Assembly (NCBI GenBank): GCA_014859905.1
Contig: JACZKT010000370.1
Span: 1-63,949, forward strand
Direction: 5' to 3'
Source of the DNA: Rubrivivax sp.
GTDB taxonomy: Bacteria > Pseudomonadota > Gammaproteobacteria > Burkholderiales > Burkholderiaceae_C
Length of the DNA stretch: 63,949 nt
Shown: positions 1 to 10,018 of the stretch, piece by piece
How positions within the stretch are numbered: the stretch's first letter is position 1
How the letters are laid out: each line of letters begins with the position of its first letter
Made by a program: the position numbers and the translations under genes
Notes under the pieces: model-generated
Told to the model about the DNA's origin: nothing
What the model saw: only the letters and a program-made list of their open reading frames with translations
Database searches by the model: none

Positions 1-1590
1 GCCCGCCGGGTTACTAGACAAGGCGCCGGCAGAGCCAGCTTGGGCAGCAACCCCCGCCGCGGCGGCGGCGCCCGGGCCGGAAGCGACGGTGCCAGCCCCG
101 TCGCCCAGCATCTTGGCCGTCGGTTGGTACCAGGTGGCCGAGCCGCGGCCCTTCTGCGTGAAGAGGCCGGCGTCGCGCAGGCGGCGCAGCGCCTGGCTGG
201 CGGCCAGGGTGTCCACCTTGTTGATCTCGCGCCAGGTCTGGTTGTCCAGCGCGCCCGCCTCGCGCGCGACCACCAGCGCGCGCGCGTCGGCTTCGGAGAG
301 CTGCAGGTCCTTGAAGCGCGCCAGCCAGGCCAGGTCGCCAGGGCCGAGAAAGTGGTGAAAGAAGAGCCGCAGCGCAAACTGGTCTTGGCCGCGGTCGGAC
401 TCGAACAGGGGCGGGGCCAGGCCGGCGCGTTCGCACATTTCACGCATCACGCGCACGCCACTGCCCTTGGTCTCGGCGAAGCGCGTGTCGTACAGGGCGG
501 CGGCGATCTTGGGGTTGCGCGGCACGGACCCGGGCTCACCCAGATGGTCGGGCGACTTGAGCGAAAAGCCAGGGTTGCGGATCTCCAGCCGGTTGCTGTA
601 GCGAATGATCTGCACCGGCGCCTGCAGGCGGTAGCTGCGGTGCATCAGCGCATTGACCACCGCCTCGCGAATGACGCGCTGAGGCACCAGCGGGCTGTCC
701 TTGCGCTGCAGCTCGCCTTCGGCCAGGCCGAAGGCCTTGGGCAGGTCGTCCAGGATCGCAGCCTGGGCGCGGCGGATGAGGCGAAAGAGCGGGTCGCGCA
801 GCTCCACGGTGTCGAAGCGCCGCTCGGGGTCTGGCACCCAGTCGCGGCCGGGCACGCGGATGTAGTCCACCCGCGTCATCGGGAAGCACCTGCGCAGCGC
901 CACCGGCTTGCCCAGCAGCACGAGGCCGGCCACCGTGGGCTGCCAGGCACCCTGCGCGTTGCGGCGCACGGCGCCCAGGGCCTGAAGCAGCTCTTCGTCG
1001 GGCCATCGCAGTTCCTCGGCGTCGGGGTTGGCCTCGCGGCGGGCGACGCGATAGTCCTCGATTGCCTCGGGTGAGAGGTCGTCCAGCGTGGCGTCGGGCA
1101 CCAGACCGGCATCGAAGCTTTCCACCTGACGCGCCTGGTACAGCGCGATCAGATCGTCTTCGGTGCAGCGCTGGTCGGTGCTGCCGATGCGCCGCAGCGC
1201 GCCGCGGGGTAGGCCCTGCGCCTTGAAGTAGATGGGCTTGTCTTGCGGCGCAGCCTCGGGCACGAACACCACGAGCACCACCTTGCCGTCCAGCAGCTCT
1301 GTGCGAATGTCCAGGCGCAGCGGTTGGTTGAAGATGCCCGCGGCCTGGGTGGCCAGGTCGGCGCCCACCTGCTCGGCATGTTCAAGGCCCTCGACCACGT
1401 AGCCGGGGAAGAGCGCCATCTCTTCGCGCACCACGCCCAGCAGAAGCCAGCCGCCTCCCATGCCGGGTTCATTGGTGAAGGCGCAAACGGTCTCCAGCAC
1501 CGACTTGCCGATGTCGGAGCCGGCTTTGGCCTCGATGCGCTCGGTCTCGTCGAGCAGCTGCAGCCGTTCGAGCAGCTCCTGTGCGGTCAT
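1..1590 (-). CDS. AlbA_2 (Schlafen-like) + HATPase_c_4/RecG-C + winged-helix ATP-binding protein; 3' end runs off the window
   Basis: Not in the ORF track; translated by hand from ATG at 1590: MTAQELLERLQLLDETERIEAKAG...VCAFTNEPGMGGGWLLLGV (AlbA_2), REAVVNALMHRSY...IRNPG...RNPKIA...ETKGSG (HATPase_c_4). ATGA overlap with the upstream gene. Confidence 0.85.
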   Translation of the reverse strand, partial: MTAQELLERLQLLDETERIEAKAGSDIGKSVLETVCAFTNEPGMGGGWLLLGVVREEMALFPGYVVEGLEHAEQVGADLATQAAGIFNQPLRLDIRTELLDGKVVLVVFVPEAAPQDKPIYFKAQGLPRGALRRIGSTDQRCTEDDLIALYQARQVESFDAGLVPDATLDDLSPEAIEDYRVARREANPDAEELRWPDEELLQALGAVRRNAQGAWQPTVAGLVLLGKPVALRRCFPMTRVDYIRVPGRDWVPDPERRFDTVELRDPLFRLIRRAQAAILDDLPKAFGLAEGELQRKDSPLVPQRVIREAVVNALMHRSYRLQAPVQIIRYSNRLEIRNPGFSLKSPDHLGEPGSVPRNPKIAAALYDTRFAETKGSGVRVMREMCERAGLAPPLFESDRGQDQFALRLFFHHFLGPGDLAWLARFKDLQLSEADARALVVAREAGALDNQTWREINKVDTLAASQALRRLRDAGLFTQKGRGSATWYQPTAKMLGDGAGTVASGPGAAAAAGVAAQAGSAGALSSNPAG

Positions 1591-2228
1591 GGAGCGCCGT
1601 CGGCGAAGAGGTCCAGGGTCGGGCGATCAGTCTCCTTGGCCGCCGAGCCGCGACGGCCGCGGGGCGCAAGCTGTTCGCTCTGGGCCACATCACCCAGCGC
1701 ATGCCGCAGCGCCAGGCGCCAGCCCTTGTCGCCGTCGCCGATGCTGCCGGTACTCATGGCCGTCATGCCGAAGAGCCACCAGCGCTCTTCCGGCCGCAGG
1801 GCCAGCCAGTTGCGCACGGCCACGGGGATCTTGTCCATGTCCATGTGCTCCGTGGCCCAGGCCAGCACGCACAGCTCCTTGCCCAACAGCCGGTCCACCG
1901 GGTTGTCGCCGACCTTCCAGGCGCTGGGCTTCAGGCCGTGGGCGCTGAGGCGGGCGTTGAAGGCGCGCTGCACCTCGGAGCGGATGGCCGTCCAGCGGGC
2001 GCGGTCGAGCAGCACGCGGTCCACCACGGAATGCTCGTCGCTCAGGGCTTGCAGACCCAGGTACTCGCTCACCTGCACCGGCGCCGAGTTGCTGCGCGGG
2101 ATGATCACCTTGAAGTGGTGCGGGTCCGACGTGGCGGGCACGCCGAAGCCGAGAGTGGGGCGCTCGGCAGCGACGGCCGCGGTCGCAACAGCGTCGGCAC
2201 GGGCGGCAGCAGCTACGGTCTTGGGCAT
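1587..2228 (-). CDS. DUF3780 family protein (restriction-like defence operon)
   Basis: GFGVP...DPHHFKVIIP, DRLLGKELCVLAWA, NWLALRPEERWWL, GWRLALR motifs; lies directly downstream of the DUF499 ATPase; start trimmed to ATG 2228. Confidence 0.85.
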   Translation of the reverse strand: MPKTVAAAARADAVATAAVAAERPTLGFGVPATSDPHHFKVIIPRSNSAPVQVSEYLGLQALSDEHSVVDRVLLDRARWTAIRSEVQRAFNARLSAHGLKPSAWKVGDNPVDRLLGKELCVLAWATEHMDMDKIPVAVRNWLALRPEERWWLFGMTAMSTGSIGDGDKGWRLALRHALGDVAQSEQLAPRGRRGSAAKETDRPTLDLFADGAP

Positions 2229-2232
2229 GGCC

Positions 2233-5200
2233 TCAGGCCTCCTGCACCACGTCACCGGGCTTGAGCTCCAGGCCCACGAGCTTGGCGAACTCCTTGGCCG
2301 CAAAGCCGGTGTCGAACTGGATGCCATCGCTGATGGTGATGGCCACCGGCGCCTGGTCTTCGGCGAGCAGTTGCCGCAGGCTGTTGACCACACCTTCGAT
2401 GACGGCGGCGGTGATCTCGCGCTCCTGGAAGCGTACGGTCACGGTGTTCTCGCCCTCGCCGATCTCGATGCGCACGCCCTTGAACCGCGTGCCGGTTTGG
2501 TCGCGGAAGCGGTTGATCACGCCGAACACCCGGTCTGTGGTGTCCAGGCCGATGCGCTTGGGCTGCAGCTTCACCGGCTTGGTATCGACTATCTGCACGC
2601 TCCTGTCGCCGCTAGCCGGGATCGGGAAGTCGGCGGTCTTGTTGGCCTCGCCAGCTCGCGCGTAGACCAGCAGCCGGGTAGCGGCCGAGCCGATCTCGAA
2701 TGGCCCCTCGTAAGGCGTGCCGTCGCGCGGGTTCGATCCGTCCAGCGTGTACGACAGGTTCGCCTTTGGCGCACAGGCCAGGGTGACGCGGCGCTTGTCG
2801 GCCGCCGGCTCCACCTGGTGGCGAATCTTGAGCTCGGCCGTCCAGCGCACGGGTGCGCCCGTCTCGTAGTGGCCGGTGGTGTCGCGGGCCTGGAAATACA
2901 GCGTGCCCTCGAGTGTGGAGAAGCTGTCAAGGTCGTCGACGGTCTGGCCGAGCACGAGCCCCTCAGGCTTTGTCGCGTACACCACCATGGGGCTTTCGCC
3001 AGCATGGCGTGGTGTGAGGCTGAGTAGCGTGGCACCAGTCTCCGGCTGCGCGCCAACTACCGAGACGTTGAGGGTGGTCTTGTCCTTCGGGAATGGGCCC
3101 TTCTCGACGTAGCCGTCTTCGCCCAGGCGCCAGCGGCCTTGCTTCAGGGCCTCGGCCTTGAGGGTGTCCATGCCGCCGGAGCCGGGCATCCATGGCCAGT
3201 CGGGGTTGCTCTTGGCCCGCGCGACCACGTCTTTCCACGGGGTGCGACGGTTGTCCTTGCCGGACGGCCACAGCACTTCTTCGGCCATGGCGAAGTATTC
3301 GCCGAAGCTGGCGGTCAGGTTGGCCGCCAGCTTGTAGTTCGCGCGGGGGCTGCCCAGCAGAGTGTCGATCTGCGCCTCGGCCGATTGGTCGCCCTTGCCG
3401 AGCTTGAGGCCGTTGTCGATGGTGACGTTGGCCAGGAAGTGGCGGCCGTCCATCGGGTCGCTGCTCGGGAAGTAGACACGGTTGTAGGCCGCCGAGAGCG
3501 CCTTGGCGAAGCGGTCCTCCGCTTCCTCCAGCCGGTCACGCGCTTCCTCGAACAGCGTATCGCCAGCCTTGAGCCGCTTGTGGATTTGCTCGATGGCGTA
3601 AAGCTCGCGCAGACGGTCTTCGACGGCGTCGGCCAGGTGACTGTCCTGCCCGGTCAGCACAAGCAGGTTGTTCTTCTCCTGCTGGTAGTCGAAGAAGTTC
3701 TGCAGCTCGCTGGGGGGAACCTTGCCGTCGGGCTTGATGACGATTAGCGTGCGCGGGCCGCTGAGCCGGATCTCGTCGAGGCGCGGCAGCACTTGCACGT
3801 CCTGGTATGCAAGGCGCCGCTCAGGCTGCAAGATGCCGGTGAGTCGGTTGATCAGGGCCTGATCGATCTTGGGCTGCGGCACCTCTTTGGCGTTGCGCTC
3901 GATCTGGCGTGAGAGGTTTTCGGTTTCCTTGACGAAGAGGCGCTGATCTTCGCGATGCAGGTACCAGGCCTGCTCGCGCAGGCGTTGCAGCGCCTGCAGG
4001 AATTCGTCGGGCTTGCGGTTGGGCGCGGCCAGGAACTCGATGATCTCGCTCTCGGACAAGCCGATGCGGCCGCCCACCGCACGTGACAGCGATGACGCCA
4101 GCAGCAGCGTCATCACCTGCCGCGCGGCGTCGCCGTCGAACTCGTCGTCGATCATCTCGGCAATGGCGTTGCCCTTGTCCGCGATGTCACGGGTCACGGC
4201 CGGTAGCAGCTTGGGGGCGATGCGCTCGATCTCGTCGCGCACCTGGTCATCGTTGAGCGCAAGGTGCTGGGTGCCGATGAGGTGTACGTCGTCGGCGTCG
4301 CGCTCGGCCACGCTCTTGAGCAGGCGCGCGGTGAACTGCATCAGGCCCCGGGTTTGCCGGAAGCCCTCGTTCTCCTTGAAGAGGGCCACGAGGTGCTTGA
4401 ACGAGGGATGGAAGGGGTAGGTCTCGCGAACCTGCTCGGCGATCTGCTCGATGCTCGCCGCAATGACGTAGCCGGCATCTTCGGCCTTCTTGATATGCTG
4501 CGCGTACTCCTCGGCCACGTCGGCGATCACGCGCTCGCTGGGCATCTCGTCGATCAGCCGGGTCTTCAGGATCTCGTAGATCTCGTTGCCAGCCAGCTGC
4601 ACCGGCGTGATCGTCATCGCCTGGCGGCGGGTTTCCTGCTGGAGGTTCGAGATGGCCTCGGCGAGCACCTTGGTCTGTGCCTGGTAGCTGCCGGAGAGAT
4701 TGGCCACCACGATGCAGCAATTCGGCAGCTCGAGCGCTGCGCTCATCAGGCTGCTCAGCGAGTAGACGACCATGTTGGCCAGCGTGCCCTGGCCGAAAAC
4801 CTGCGTGCTGGCGTTGTCCAGGTACGGCGGCAGCTCGTCCAGCAGGATTAGCGTCGGTCGGTCGCCGATGATCTCCTTCCACTTCTTCTGGTCGACGGCC
4901 TTGGGGCCGTTTGCCCAGAAGGGCTTGATGGCCTCGGCCTCGCCGAGCTGCGTGGCGATGTCGCCCCAGATGTAGTTCTCGGGCGTGTTGCGGCCATTGA
5001 AGGCGGCGATGCGCGCCTGGCCAAACTCCACTCGCGACTGGACGTCAGCCGGAAGGACCCCGGGCCGCAGGTGCGGGTGCCGCGCCAGCAGGCCAAGCGC
5101 GATCATCATGTGCGTCTTGCCGCCGCCCATCGCCTGGGTCAGCTCGAAAACCGCCTGGTCGGACTTGCCCGACATCCGCAATAGGCCCTCACGGAAGAGC

Positions 5201-5355
5201 TGCGCCATGCCGTGGGTGACGTAGTTGCGAGCGAAGAACTCGCGGCCGTCGCCTTCGTCGCGGATGAGGTCGGCCAGGCTCTCGATACCCTGGCTCATCC
5301 GGTAATCGTGGATGACCGCGTTGAAGCGGCAGGCCTGCTTGACAGTCTTGATCAC
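2233..5355 (-). CDS. DUF499 family AAA+ ATPase with C-terminal Fn3-like domain
   Basis: Walker A QAMGGGKTH, Walker B LILLDEL, YPFHP, FRQTRG, YTLDGSNP. GTG start at 5355 with GGGAG RBS, overlapping the stop of the upstream gene. Confidence 0.88.
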   Translation of the reverse strand: MIKTVKQACRFNAVIHDYRMSQGIESLADLIRDEGDGREFFARNYVTHGMAQLFREGLLRMSGKSDQAVFELTQAMGGGKTHMMIALGLLARHPHLRPGVLPADVQSRVEFGQARIAAFNGRNTPENYIWGDIATQLGEAEAIKPFWANGPKAVDQKKWKEIIGDRPTLILLDELPPYLDNASTQVFGQGTLANMVVYSLSSLMSAALELPNCCIVVANLSGSYQAQTKVLAEAISNLQQETRRQAMTITPVQLAGNEIYEILKTRLIDEMPSERVIADVAEEYAQHIKKAEDAGYVIAASIEQIAEQVRETYPFHPSFKHLVALFKENEGFRQTRGLMQFTARLLKSVAERDADDVHLIGTQHLALNDDQVRDEIERIAPKLLPAVTRDIADKGNAIAEMIDDEFDGDAARQVMTLLLASSLSRAVGGRIGLSESEIIEFLAAPNRKPDEFLQALQRLREQAWYLHREDQRLFVKETENLSRQIERNAKEVPQPKIDQALINRLTGILQPERRLAYQDVQVLPRLDEIRLSGPRTLIVIKPDGKVPPSELQNFFDYQQEKNNLLVLTGQDSHLADAVEDRLRELYAIEQIHKRLKAGDTLFEEARDRLEEAEDRFAKALSAAYNRVYFPSSDPMDGRHFLANVTIDNGLKLGKGDQSAEAQIDTLLGSPRANYKLAANLTASFGEYFAMAEEVLWPSGKDNRRTPWKDVVARAKSNPDWPWMPGSGGMDTLKAEALKQGRWRLGEDGYVEKGPFPKDKTTLNVSVVGAQPETGATLLSLTPRHAGESPMVVYATKPEGLVLGQTVDDLDSFSTLEGTLYFQARDTTGHYETGAPVRWTAELKIRHQVEPAADKRRVTLACAPKANLSYTLDGSNPRDGTPYEGPFEIGSAATRLLVYARAGEANKTADFPIPASGDRSVQIVDTKPVKLQPKRIGLDTTDRVFGVINRFRDQTGTRFKGVRIEIGEGENTVTVRFQEREITAAVIEGVVNSLRQLLAEDQAPVAITISDGIQFDTGFAAKEFAKLVGLELKPGDVVQEA

Positions 5356-5549
5356 GAATTGGCTCCCTTGCCCGCGCGCTTGTTGTTGGAGGTGGCTGTA
5401 GCGATGCCCTTGACCCGGCAGTGCTCTCGAATCAGCACCTCGACCATATTGGCGATGGAACGGTGCTCCAGCTCCGCGGCGCGCTGCAGCGCCTTCTTGA
5501 TCTCGGGCTCGATGCGCAGTGTCAGGGTAGCGGTCTTGCTGGCGGCCAT
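5352..5549 (-). CDS. Small ribbon-helix-helix/CopG-like regulator (65 aa), first gene of the DUF499 operon
   Basis: MAASKTATLTLRIEPEIKKALQRAAELEHRSIANMVEVLIRE shows the strand-helix-helix pattern; translationally coupled to DUF499. Confidence 0.75.
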   Translation of the reverse strand: MAASKTATLTLRIEPEIKKALQRAAELEHRSIANMVEVLIREHCRVKGIATATSNNKRAGKGANS

Positions 5550-5575
5550 TGCATTCTCGGGATTGAATGCAAATG

Positions 5576-5592
5576 TACTGCAAATTGCAGTA
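5576..5592. promoter_or_regulatory. Perfect palindrome TACTGCAA-A-TTGCAGTA, probable RHH operator
   Basis: AT-rich inverted repeat about 27 bp upstream of the RHH start codon. Confidence 0.55.
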
Positions 5593-5680
5593 TGGATCGA
5601 TGCTGATCCATTCGCGGTCGTCCGTTGGTTGAGGCCGACTGCCTGTACCGCGCCAGTGCTGCGTTCGCCGCGCCTACGCC

Positions 5681-6095
5681 GCGCTGGTTGAAGTGCGCCG
5701 CAGTGCGGCGACAGATCGCTCAGCTGGGAAGCTTCGCGCGTGTCGTTGATGGGGTGGCAACACGGCCTGTGCGTCCCGGGGCTCGGGGTGGCTGATCTGC
5801 CTGTCGTTCCGCCTCTTTCCGACGCATAGCGGCATCCAGTCAGGCCCCAAGGGTGAAGGCTGGCGCCCACGGTCCTCACCCGGTCTCTGCACTCCGCTTT
5901 GCTCCGCTTCGAGCTGCGGCTTGCGGTCGTGCCCTTGTGTCCTGCCTGGCTGTCGCTGTTCATGCGTCGAGGCGAAACCGACGGGCAGATTTCAACCACC
6001 ACACGAGGCCACCAGCATGAACGCACAGTCCAACCACCCCATCATCGACACCACCGATCCGCAGTTCCTCGGCCCCGAGGCTGGCCAACAGGCAG
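5681..6095 (+). repeat. Long leader repeat copy 1 (hairpin, ssDNA-promoter-like, includes the first ~26 codons of the downstream gene)
   Basis: Near-identical to 20267-20670 and 63165-63584, diverged at 17208-17619. Nested inverted arms 5785-5815/5969-6000 and CGACGCAT 5820-5827/ATGCGTCG 5962-5969. Confidence 0.9.
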
Positions 6096-7927
6096 GGGGG
6101 TATGAAGAACCGACCTACGACCTGACGGCGACGTATTCGCCCGATGACAACAAGCTACGCCTGAGCAGTGCCACCCGGCTCGATCGCGAGGTCTACGACC
6201 GAGTGAGAGCCGCCGGCTTCGCCTGGGCCCCGAAGCAGGATCAATTCATCGCGTCGATGTGGACGCCCGCGCGTGCCGACCTGTGCATCGAGCTGGCGGG
6301 TGAAATCGGTGACGATGACTCCAGCCTGATCGACCGGGCCGAAGATCGTGCCGACCGCTTCGACGACTACCGCGACAAGCGAACCGACGAGGCAGAGCGG
6401 GCCACCGCCCAGGCACGCCGGGTTGCCGATGGCATCCCCTTCGGTCAGCCGATCCTGGTGGGCCACCACTCCGAGCGCCACGCGCGCAAGGACGCGGAGC
6501 GGATCCAGAACGGCATGCGCAAGGCAGTCCGGGCCTTCGATACGGCCGACTACTGGAAGCGCCGCGCCGTGGCTGCGATCCAGCATGCCAAGTACAAGGA
6601 GCGGCCGGACGTTCGCGCACGGCGAATCAAGACCATCCAGGCCGACAAGCGCAAGCAGGAGCGCACTCGCGCCGAGTCGGTGGGCTTTCTGTCGCAGTGG
6701 CATGACGGGGGTAGCGAGCCCATGACGATGGAGCGCGCGACAGCCATCGCAAGTCAGGACTACTGCTCGCGCTGCTATCCGCTCGCCGACTACCCCCGCG
6801 ACCCGCCGGCATCGCAGTACGAAGGCCATACGAGTCTGTGGTCTGCGCTCACTGGTGGCATCGTCGACGCCGACCAAGCCCGCGGCCTTGCTCGCGAGAT
6901 GCACGCCCGTGTCGTCGCCTTCTCCGGCCGCTGGATCGAGCACTACGACAACCGCCTGGCCTACGAGCGCGCCATGCTGGCCGACGCCGGCGGCACGATC
7001 GCCGACAAGACCGGGCCAGAGAAGGGTGGGGCCGTGCGCTGCTGGGTCGGGCGCGGTACCTGGGTCTACATTCAGAGGGTCAACAAGATCAGCGTCACCC
7101 TGCTGGACAACTGGGGCAACGGCGGCGCCAACTTCACCCGCACTGTTGCGTTCGACAAGCTGGCCGGCGTGATGACGGCCGCTCAGGTGGAAGCGCAGCG
7201 CGCCGCGGGTCTCCTGGTCGAGCTGGCCAACAAGACCGGCTTCACGTTGCTTGCTGCGCCTACCGACGAGAGCAAGGACACCCCGTTGCCCAAGCCGGCA
7301 GAAGCCGGCGCGCAGGCAGTCAAGCCCGACGAGTTGCGCACCGACATCGAGGCGATGCGGGCCTTAGTCAAGGGCGGCGTGCAGGTGGTCAGCGCGCCGC
7401 AGCTCTTCCCGACGCCGCCCGGTCTGGCCGCGCGCATGGTCGACCTGGCGAGCCTCGCTATCGGCATGCGGGTGCTGGAACCGAGCGCCGGCACCGGTCG
7501 GCTCCTGGAAGCCTTGCCCGGGATCGTTCCCTTTGGCCAGGTGCGCCAGACCGCGCTGCAGGTGGTGGCCGTCGAGGTCAACTCAGCGCTTGCGGCGCGC
7601 CTGGCCTGCAGCGGCCTGGCCGGCACGGTGCGGTGTGCGGACTTTCTGGAGTGCAGCGCCGATGTCGAGGACCTGGGCTTGTTCGACGCCGTGCTGATGA
7701 ACCCGCCTTTCGCGCAGGGCGCGGACATCGAGCACATCACCCATGCACTGACGATGCTGAAACCGGGCGGCCGCTTGGTGGCCTTGTGCGCAAACGGTCC
7801 GAGACAGAACGCCAGCCTTCGCCCGATGGTCGAGGCACGCGGTGGCGAGTGGGAGGACCTGCCGGCCGACACCTTCAAGGAAGAGGGCACCGGCGTGCGG
7901 GTGGCGCTCATCTCGATGCAGGTTTGA
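6017..7927 (+). CDS. DUF3560 domain protein fused to a class I SAM-dependent (amino-type) methyltransferase
   Basis: IPFGQPILVGHHSE (DUF3560); QLFPTP, VLEPSAGTG (motif I), MNPPF (motif IV). Confidence 0.88.
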   Translation: MNAQSNHPIIDTTDPQFLGPEAGQQAGGYEEPTYDLTATYSPDDNKLRLSSATRLDREVYDRVRAAGFAWAPKQDQFIASMWTPARADLCIELAGEIGDDDSSLIDRAEDRADRFDDYRDKRTDEAERATAQARRVADGIPFGQPILVGHHSERHARKDAERIQNGMRKAVRAFDTADYWKRRAVAAIQHAKYKERPDVRARRIKTIQADKRKQERTRAESVGFLSQWHDGGSEPMTMERATAIASQDYCSRCYPLADYPRDPPASQYEGHTSLWSALTGGIVDADQARGLAREMHARVVAFSGRWIEHYDNRLAYERAMLADAGGTIADKTGPEKGGAVRCWVGRGTWVYIQRVNKISVTLLDNWGNGGANFTRTVAFDKLAGVMTAAQVEAQRAAGLLVELANKTGFTLLAAPTDESKDTPLPKPAEAGAQAVKPDELRTDIEAMRALVKGGVQVVSAPQLFPTPPGLAARMVDLASLAIGMRVLEPSAGTGRLLEALPGIVPFGQVRQTALQVVAVEVNSALAARLACSGLAGTVRCADFLECSADVEDLGLFDAVLMNPPFAQGADIEHITHALTMLKPGGRLVALCANGPRQNASLRPMVEARGGEWEDLPADTFKEEGTGVRVALISMQV

Positions 7928-7975
7928 GGGAGGACCTCAGGACCCGGCAGATGTGCGCCGGGGCGCAGGGCAATC

Positions 7976-8006
7976 CGCTCTCTTCGGGGCGCTGCCCCGA
8001 GGGCGC
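7976..8006 (+). repeat. 31-bp GC hairpin repeat copy 1 (possible terminator or ssDNA signal)
   Basis: CGCTCTCTTCGGGGCGCTGCCCCGAGGGCGC is identical at 20036-20066; both copies lie just downstream of a leader-repeat-driven unit. Confidence 0.75.
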
Positions 8007-8137
8007 GTGCCCCAACCCCGGCCGCCGGTCTCCCGACGGGCGGCGGAGGTCGTGTCGTGCCGACCCTCATCGAATGCACAAGCCAGCGGCAAGGCTGTGC
8101 CACTTGCCGCGCCCGGAAGCCTCCAGAAAGCAGCCCC

Positions 8138-8156
8138 TGTGCGACAATGTCGTACA
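8138..8156. promoter_or_regulatory. Palindrome TGTGCGACA-A-TGTCGTACA, probable operator of the RelB-like gene
   Basis: One-mismatch inverted repeat immediately upstream of the RBS (GGAG 8163). Confidence 0.5.
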
Positions 8157-8171
8157 AGCTTTGGAGCCGCC

Positions 8172-8615
8172 GTGGACACCACACTGACTGTTCGCCTGGA
8201 CACCCAGCTCAAGGACGAAGCCGAGCGCACGCTCGACAGTCTGGGCCTGTCGATGTCGTCGGCGATCCGGGTGTTCCTGACCCACGTGGTCGCCCAGAAG
8301 GCGCTTCCGTTTCCGGTGCAGGCTGCGCCGGTTCAGGCCGCAGCGGACGGCCAGGAGCCCCTCAACGTGCCGTTGCACGTCCACATCGAGGTGATGTTGG
8401 AGGAGATCGCCGTGATCAGTGCCCGCCTCCAGCAGATGGAGCAGGCCGAGCAGTCCCCCGAGAAGCGCAAGGAGCTGAAGGAGATCGGCAAGGCGGTCCG
8501 CGCCATGCGATTCCAGTTCGATCCCTTCAACGAGGGCGAAGTGATGACGATGGTTCGCAAGATCAGCCAGTACGCGAAGGCCATGCAGCCGGCACGGCAC
8601 CAAGCGCGCAGCTGA
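8172..8615 (+). CDS. RelB/DinJ-family antitoxin domain with helical C-terminal extension
   Basis: TVRLDTQLKDEAERTLDSLGLSMSSAIRVFLTHVVAQKALPF matches RelB/DinJ; GTG start with RBS; no adjacent RelE/YafQ. Confidence 0.75.
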   Translation: MDTTLTVRLDTQLKDEAERTLDSLGLSMSSAIRVFLTHVVAQKALPFPVQAAPVQAAADGQEPLNVPLHVHIEVMLEEIAVISARLQQMEQAEQSPEKRKELKEIGKAVRAMRFQFDPFNEGEVMTMVRKISQYAKAMQPARHQARS

Positions 8616-8698
8616 TGCCTACCGGGCCAGTTCCCGGTCGCTGCGTCGTTTCGCCAGTGTGACAATCTCTCAGGCTCAATCACCGGAGCGCCAAGCCT

Positions 8699-10018
8699 AT
8701 GCTGCTGCTTCACCTATCAGACATTCATTTCCGCAGCCCTGACTGCTTGACGCCGGCCATGGACCCGGAGAAGCACTATCGGACTAAGTTAATCTTGGAT
8801 GCACGACAGATGGTGCTCGGCCTAGAGTCTGTGGGTGCAATTCTGGTCACCGGGGATATCGCATTCAAGGGAGCGGCGGATGAGTACCAGAGTGCTGCGG
8901 TGTGGGTCGACGAGCTCGCGTCGGAAGTTGGATGCAGACCAGAGTGCGTGTGGGTTGTGCCTGGCAATCACGACGTCGATAGAACGCTGATTCAGAAGAG
9001 TCTGGCAACGCGCAACGCTCAAGATGCGATAGTGTCAGCGCGCGTCGACCGGCGCGAGCGCACTTTGCGCGATCAGATATCAGACCCAGAAACCGGTCGC
9101 GCACTTGTGGCCCCCTTGGCAGCGTACAACGAGTTCGCTACCAAGTACGGTTGCCAAGTCTACCTGCCGGAGCAGTTGCTTTGGACGAAGGACTTGGATT
9201 TTGGGCATGGCGCCAAACTACGTATCACCGGCCTTACATCCACCCTATTGTCTGGTCGGAGTGGCGACGACCACAAAGGTAGCCTATATCTCAGTCCACT
9301 CCAAACTGTGTTGGATCCCTGTGACGACGTAGTTCACCTCGTAATGAGCCATCACCCACCGGATTGGCTGATGGACCACGAGGACGTGGACGAAAACCTC
9401 TACGATCGCGCTGCACTGCATCTCTTTGGTCACAAGCACAGACTCAGAGCAACCCTGGAGAGGCAGTACGCGCGCTTCTCCGCCGGCGCGGTTAACCCAG
9501 AACGCGGCGAGGCGGGATGGCAGCCCGGATACAACTTGATCGACCTGAAACTCACTGGCGATGGTGCGGGCCGCAGGCTGTCTATTGAAGCCCATATCCG
9601 GCAGTGGCAATCAAACCCAGGCATGTTCAGGGCGCAGCAGACAACTGAAGGTGAGTCGGTCTTCAAGCACTCGCTCGCATTCGCCGGTGCTCAGCGCACA
9701 TCTCAGCCGAAAGAGTTGGTTAAGGTTGCGGACGACCCGCCGGGTCAAGGAGCCGCTGCGGCGGCACCTGCTGCCGAACCCAATTCGAGATCAGTGGAGG
9801 GCGCCATGGGCGAAGCCACGACGCGCAATCTTGTCTACCGATTCTGGAAGTTGAAAGCCAGTGATCGACGAGAAATTGCGCTTGCGCTGAAACTGATTAC
9901 CCAAGATGAGATCGCCGTTCCGGAACCGGCTCGTTACGGACGAGCCCTGCGCAGAGCAGGCGAGCGGGGACAGCTAGAAGAATTGGCTCGTGAAGTCGAA
10001 AAGAGGGAGATGAACTGA
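8699..10018 (+). CDS. Calcineurin-like metallophosphoesterase with small C-terminal helical adaptor (GAAD-like) domain
   Basis: SDIH, TGD, PGNHD, SHHP, GHKH motifs; low-complexity linker followed by a ~65-aa helical domain. Confidence 0.82.
   Translation: MLLLHLSDIHFRSPDCLTPAMDPEKHYRTKLILDARQMVLGLESVGAILVTGDIAFKGAADEYQSAAVWVDELASEVGCRPECVWVVPGNHDVDRTLIQKSLATRNAQDAIVSARVDRRERTLRDQISDPETGRALVAPLAAYNEFATKYGCQVYLPEQLLWTKDLDFGHGAKLRITGLTSTLLSGRSGDDHKGSLYLSPLQTVLDPCDDVVHLVMSHHPPDWLMDHEDVDENLYDRAALHLFGHKHRLRATLERQYARFSAGAVNPERGEAGWQPGYNLIDLKLTGDGAGRRLSIEAHIRQWQSNPGMFRAQQTTEGESVFKHSLAFAGAQRTSQPKELVKVADDPPGQGAAAAAPAAEPNSRSVEGAMGEATTRNLVYRFWKLKASDRREIALALKLITQDEIAVPEPARYGRALRRAGERGQLEELAREVEKREMN

Noticed and set aside
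40-3027. Long plus-strand ORFs 40-1074 and 1243-3027, and similar shadow ORFs across the T4SS and parB
   Set aside because: They are antisense to well-supported genes in high-GC DNA and show no motifs.
5356-5583. N-terminal extension of the DUF499 ORF to 5583
   Set aside because: It overlaps the RHH gene in another frame; the RBS and coupling favour GTG 5355.
5921-6016. MRSCPCVLPG... extensions on the MTase and ArdC ORFs
   Set aside because: These are translations of the hairpin repeat upstream of the RBS-supported ATG.
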